DNA of 20,577 nt from Candidatus Rokuibacteriota bacterium (GTDB lineage Bacteria; Methylomirabilota; Methylomirabilia; Rokubacteriales; DASRDR01): contig JBIOTN010000119.1 in NCBI GenBank assembly GCA_044866005.1, forward strand, positions 1 to 20,577. Direction: 5' to 3'. The notes under the pieces were generated by a model. It did not search any database. It was given only the letters and a program-made list of their open reading frames with translations, and was not told the origin of the DNA. The position numbers and the translations under genes were made by a program. Of this stretch, positions 17,122 to 20,577 are shown in pieces. Position 1 is the stretch's first letter, and every line of letters begins with the position of its first letter.

Positions 17122-18213
17122 TCAGTGGACGAGATGCGGTCTGGTGGGCGCCGGACTCGTGACCGGCACGCGACGCGCCAGCGTCCGCCGGTGCTCGAGC
17201 AGGAGCCGGGCGGTCTCCTGGAGCACCGTGACGCAGGGCACGGCCACGATCATCCCGAGGATACCGAGCGCCTCGTTACCGGCGATGATCGAGGTCGCCA
17301 GCAGCAGCGGGTGGAGATGCACGCTTCGCCCGATGGTCACCGGCTGGATCACGGCATCGTCGAGGGCGCGGATCGCCAGGAGCAGGAGCAGGATCCGGCC
17401 GACGGCGCCGAATCCCTGACCATGGATCAGCGCCACCAGGCCGGCGGCGCCAGCCCCGAGGATCGGGCCCACCACGGGGATCGCGTTCGCCAGCCCGGCG
17501 AAGGCCCCGAGGAAGATCGGGTAGGGCACGCCGAGCATCCAGAGCGAGAGCGTGACCAGCGTCCCCACCACGAGCCCGTCCAGTGCCAGCCCCCGCACGT
17601 ACTGGCCGATGATGCGGTCGATCTCGCACCAGACAGCGACCGTCGTCTCGACGTGTACCGGCGGGATGCGGTCCATGACGAACGCGATCAGCCGGCGACT
17701 GTCCCGGAGCAGGAAGAAGGTGAAAAAGGGGAGGAGGATGGCGAAGATGAACAGCCGCCCCGCGTGCTGGAGGAGCCGGCTCGCGTCGCCGACCTGACCG
17801 TCGAGGAACCGGTCGACCCAGCGCTGGCGCGCCTCCCCACCGGGCAACACGCGGCGCACGGCCGGGAATGCCTCGGTCAGCGCCCGCTCCGCCACGTCCA
17901 GCGCCGCATCGGCCTCGGCGGCCAGGGTCGGCAGGCGCTGGGCCAGGGCGACCGCCTCGGTCCCGAGACGCGGGCCGAGGACGTAGCCGCCGGCTACCAC
18001 GCCGCCCAGCAAGCCCAGGAAGAGGCCGGCCACGGCGAGGCCTCGACGGATCCCGAAGCTCTCGCCCCACCCGATCAGCGGATTCAGGAGGTACGCCACG
18101 ATCGCGGCCCCCGCCAGGGGGACGATCAGGCCGCGGAAGAAGTAGAAGACGGCCACCACGGCCACGCCGATGGCGAGCCTCGGCAGCCAGGCGACCTCTC
18201 GCGCGGCGGTCAC
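17122..18213 (-). CDS. AI-2E family transporter (UPF0118/PerM)
   Basis: AYLLNPLI, FFTFFLLRD, IIGQYVRG, ANAIPVVGP, QPVTIGRSVHLHP, GILGMIVAVP. GTG start overlaps the upstream stop (GTGA). Confidence 0.92.
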   Translation of the reverse strand: MTAAREVAWLPRLAIGVAVVAVFYFFRGLIVPLAGAAIVAYLLNPLIGWGESFGIRRGLAVAGLFLGLLGGVVAGGYVLGPRLGTEAVALAQRLPTLAAEADAALDVAERALTEAFPAVRRVLPGGEARQRWVDRFLDGQVGDASRLLQHAGRLFIFAILLPFFTFFLLRDSRRLIAFVMDRIPPVHVETTVAVWCEIDRIIGQYVRGLALDGLVVGTLVTLSLWMLGVPYPIFLGAFAGLANAIPVVGPILGAGAAGLVALIHGQGFGAVGRILLLLLAIRALDDAVIQPVTIGRSVHLHPLLLATSIIAGNEALGILGMIVAVPCVTVLQETARLLLEHRRTLARRVPVTSPAPTRPHLVH

Positions 18214-18755
18214 TGCGTGACCGAGAGCCCGGGGGCGCGGCCCACCGGCGCCTCGGGCACCGCCGGGTGCTCCGGCTGCCCGCGCGGCGCCCGGCGCGCA
18301 TACGTGGCCAGGGCCCGGAGCAGGTTCCGCATCACGACCAGGGCGATCCGTCGGTTGCCTTCCACCAGCGCGTCGAAGTCCGTCTTGTAGAGGATCAGGA
18401 GACGCGACGGCGCGGTCACGCGCGCCGAGGCGGAGCGGGGCGCGTCGTCGATGAGCGCCAGCTCGCCGAAGCACGCGCCCAGGCCGAGGGTGTGGAGAAC
18501 GTTCTGCCCGTCGGGCTCCCCGTGCGTGACCACCACGGCGCCCTCCAGGATGACGAACAGCGCCGCGCCGTGGTCGCCTTCCTGGAAGACCACGTCGCCC
18601 GGCTCGTAGCCCTTCTCGAAGAAGCGCGCCGCCAGGCGGCCGAGCTGCCGTCGGGACAGGCCGGCGAACAGCGGCGCGCGCTCGAGCAGCGCCACTCGCC
18701 GCGCGTGCTCTGGGTTCAGGCTCCAGCCGAGCCACCGGCGCAACACGTGCGTCAC
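18210..18755 (-). CDS. Stand-alone cyclic nucleotide-binding (CAP_ED) domain protein
   Basis: PLFAGL, VFQEGDHGAALFVILEG, phosphate-binding cassette FGELALIDDAPRSASA. No HTH follows. Start placed at GTG 18755 (leaderless); the ORF-track start 18764 overlaps the -10. Confidence 0.88.
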   Translation of the reverse strand: MTHVLRRWLGWSLNPEHARRVALLERAPLFAGLSRRQLGRLAARFFEKGYEPGDVVFQEGDHGAALFVILEGAVVVTHGEPDGQNVLHTLGLGACFGELALIDDAPRSASARVTAPSRLLILYKTDFDALVEGNRRIALVVMRNLLRALATYARRAPRGQPEHPAVPEAPVGRAPGLSVTQ

Positions 18756-18771
18756 GTCGGGCACTATAGCA
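18756..18771 (-). promoter_or_regulatory. Extended -10 promoter (leaderless)
   Basis: TGcTATAGT (hexamer 18768-18763) lies 7 nt before GTG 18755. Confidence 0.6.
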
Positions 18772-18877
18772 ACTGCGGATCGGCCCTGTCACGGGGGCGC
18801 CCGGCCACGGGCCGGCCTCGCGGAGGCCACGCCGGCGCCCCGGTTGACCGGCCGAGCCTGGCCCCGGGGCTCGCGGC

Positions 18878-19912
18878 TCAGGCCGGCAGGGGGAGCGGGA
18901 CGGGCTGGTTCCGCTCGGCGGAGAGGTCGGCGGCGAGCGTCACCTCCATCACCTGCCGCGCCTGCTCCGGCGTGACCAGGACGGGCCGGCCGAGGGCGAC
19001 CGCCTCGAGGAAGTGGATCGTCTCCGCCTGCATGGGCCCCTGATAGACGTGGGCGACCTGCTCGCCCGGCATCGTGGAGAGCGGGAGGACCATGCCCTTG
19101 TGCATCGTGTTCAGCACGATGTCGCGGTGGCTGTCGTCGATGAGGAGCGCGCCCTCGGTGGCGACGAACTCGATGGTCGCCGTGGAGAAGTGGGGATAGC
19201 CCGGCGGCAGCGCCCAGCCGGCGCCGATGGTGAAGGCCGTGCCGTCCTCCATGGTGACCACGATCCACGTGCAGTCGGGCACGCCGTGGGCCTGTTCCAT
19301 GATGCGGTAGACGGACTGGGCGTAGACCCGCGTCGGGCGCAAGCCTTCCAGGCACCACAGGACGAAGTCGAGGTCGTGGGTCGCCTCCATGACCGCCGGG
19401 GAGAGCCGGATCCGCCCGCCGATCTTGTTACCGATGCTGCGCGAGACATTGCGGCTGACGAGCGCCGTGACCGGCCGGCCGAGCGTGCCGTCGGCCAGGC
19501 ACTTCTTGACGTAGGCGTACTTCGGGTTGAAGCGCTGGGTGTAGCCGATCGTCAGCTTGACGTGGCCCTCGTCGGCCAGGGCCATCATCTCGTCGGCTTC
19601 CTTGAGGGCGAGCCCCATCGGCTTTTCCAGGAGCGTGTGCTTCCGGGCGAGCAGGCAGTCGCGGGTGATCGGGTAGTGGGTGGTCTCGGGCGTGGTCGAG
19701 ACGAAGACCGCGTCGAGGTCCTTCCGCGCCAGCAGCTCGTGGTAGTCCGTCGTGGCGGTGCGCGCGCCGGTCGCCTTCGCCACCCGCTCCAGCCTCGCCG
19801 GGTCGATCTCGGCGAGGTGGAGGCTCTCCACCAGCGGGTGCTCCGCGCAGACGCGCGCGCGGATCTCGCCGATCCAGCCGGTGCCGATGACCCCTACATT
19901 GATGCGTCGCAT
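18878..19912 (-). CDS. Gfo/Idh/MocA family NAD(P)-dependent oxidoreductase
   Basis: NVGVIGTGWIG, VSTTPETTHY, LLEKPMG, GYTQRFNP, EATHDLD. ATG 19912 is preceded by AGAGGA. Confidence 0.93.
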   Translation of the reverse strand: MRRINVGVIGTGWIGEIRARVCAEHPLVESLHLAEIDPARLERVAKATGARTATTDYHELLARKDLDAVFVSTTPETTHYPITRDCLLARKHTLLEKPMGLALKEADEMMALADEGHVKLTIGYTQRFNPKYAYVKKCLADGTLGRPVTALVSRNVSRSIGNKIGGRIRLSPAVMEATHDLDFVLWCLEGLRPTRVYAQSVYRIMEQAHGVPDCTWIVVTMEDGTAFTIGAGWALPPGYPHFSTATIEFVATEGALLIDDSHRDIVLNTMHKGMVLPLSTMPGEQVAHVYQGPMQAETIHFLEAVALGRPVLVTPEQARQVMEVTLAADLSAERNQPVPLPLPA

Positions 19913-19955
19913 GGCCGCGGTCGATCCTCTTGGCTCGCGCTCGACGTGCGACTCC

Positions 19956-20219
19956 TTATTCGACGACCTGGTCCGCACGGAGCGGCAGTAATTTTCCTTC
20001 TGCATATCGATACTCAATGACAATAGTTTTTCCGTCCACGTAACCAAGCTCGCGCAGACCCTGCCGGAACGCCTCGGTCCGGGCCGGGTTCACGGAAGGG
20101 GAGCCAACACTCAGATAACCTATCCGCGAGATCTTCCCCGTCGGCTGCGCCTCGGCGGCGACCGGTGCGGTGAGGAGGGTGAGGGCCACGACCGTGGCGC
20201 TGTGCAGGGTGAGTTTCGT
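19956..20219 (-). pseudogene. Internally deleted ABC transporter substrate-binding protein (ABC_sub_bind-type) remnant
   Basis: Typical N-terminus (signal ...AAEAQ, then RIGYLS...EAFRQGLRELGYVDGKTIVIEYRYAEGK) is joined directly to the family's typical C-terminus (LRADQVVE*). The start position reads ACG, 5 nt after GGGAGG. Confidence 0.75.
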
Positions 20220-20253
20220 ACGTGCCTCCCGTTGGAGCCGAAGGGACGCTGGG

Positions 20254-20283
20254 AGCGTACCCGAGAGGGTCACGAGATGTCAA
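20254..20283 (-). promoter_or_regulatory. Sigma70-type promoter upstream of the SBP remnant
   Basis: TTGACA (20283-20278), 18 nt spacer, TACGCT (20259-20254). Confidence 0.6.
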
Positions 20284-20383
20284 AGGCGGTGGCCCAACCT
20301 GGCTTGGTAGGACCCGCCGATTCTGCCGGCGGATGACCCGGCGGCCACCCATCGATCTGCCCGCGAGGTCTCGACGCTCGCGG

Positions 20384-20575
20384 CTAGGACGGGGAGGACA
20401 GCGGCTGGCCGTTCAGGACGGTGGTGGCGGCGATCGGCACCGGGCGGAGGAGCGCCTGCATGACGAAGCAGCCGCGCTCGGCGTTCCGGACGAGGCGGGC
20501 GACCTTCGCGGGCGGCTCCGGGGAGTCGAGCTCGAGCCGCGTCTCGACGCCGACCATCTGGGCCTGGACCGTGTC
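20384..20575 (-). CDS. OsmC/Ohr-like protein, C-terminal part (truncated by the window edge; not in the ORF track)
   Basis: Manual translation: DTVQAQMVGVETRLELDSPEPPAKVARLVRNAERGCFVMQALLRPVPIAATTVLNGQPLSSPS*. The pattern strand-DSPEP-helix-C-xx-xx-L-xx-PV fits the second Cys region of OsmC proteins. Confidence 0.68.
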   Translation of the reverse strand, partial: DTVQAQMVGVETRLELDSPEPPAKVARLVRNAERGCFVMQALLRPVPIAATTVLNGQPLSSPS

Positions 20576-20577
20576 GT

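Noticed and set aside
13655..17419. 1254-aa plus-strand ORF
   Set aside because: It is an antisense shadow of the fdh genes. The Arg/Gly/Ala-rich sequence has no motifs, as expected from high-GC codon bias.
18790..18877. GC-rich inverted repeats after the Gfo/Idh/MocA gene
   Set aside because: The stems are imperfect and lack a U-tract, so they cannot be distinguished from background at this GC content.
20286..20350. GGTGGCC...GGCCACC enclosing a CCGCCG/CGGCGG stem, a possible riboswitch or sRNA
   Set aside because: I recognise no aptamer motif. Short GC stems arise by chance here, and the region lies upstream of the predicted promoter.

Overview
Very GC-rich bacterial window. The gene families and repeat styles are suggestive of Candidatus Rokubacteria/Methylomirabilota (inference, not proven). 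Plus strand: the 3' end of a Liv-type ABC substrate-binding protein, a LivG-like ATPase, a DUF4410-like lipoprotein, an MDR dehydrogenase lacking the canonical catalytic Cys, and an unknown lipoprotein. Minus strand, in transcription order: an OsmC-like C-terminus, an internally deleted ABC substrate-binding gene remnant with an intact promoter, a Gfo/Idh/MocA oxidoreductase, a cNMP-binding protein coupled to an AI-2E transporter, a three-gene selenocysteine formate dehydrogenase (alpha subunit split in the ORF track by an in-frame UGA followed by a SECIS; no Tat leader; Fe-S beta subunit; NrfD-type anchor), and a partly duplicated Liv ABC cluster (SBP-livH-livM-livG-livF, then livH-livM-livG and a YtkA/FixH-like gene). 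The Liv cluster is interrupted by an opposite-strand, more AT-rich two-gene module: an unusually large 170-aa putative antitoxin and a PIN/VapC nuclease, with a leaderless promoter and a palindromic operator. This module is the best candidate for an uncharacterised system.
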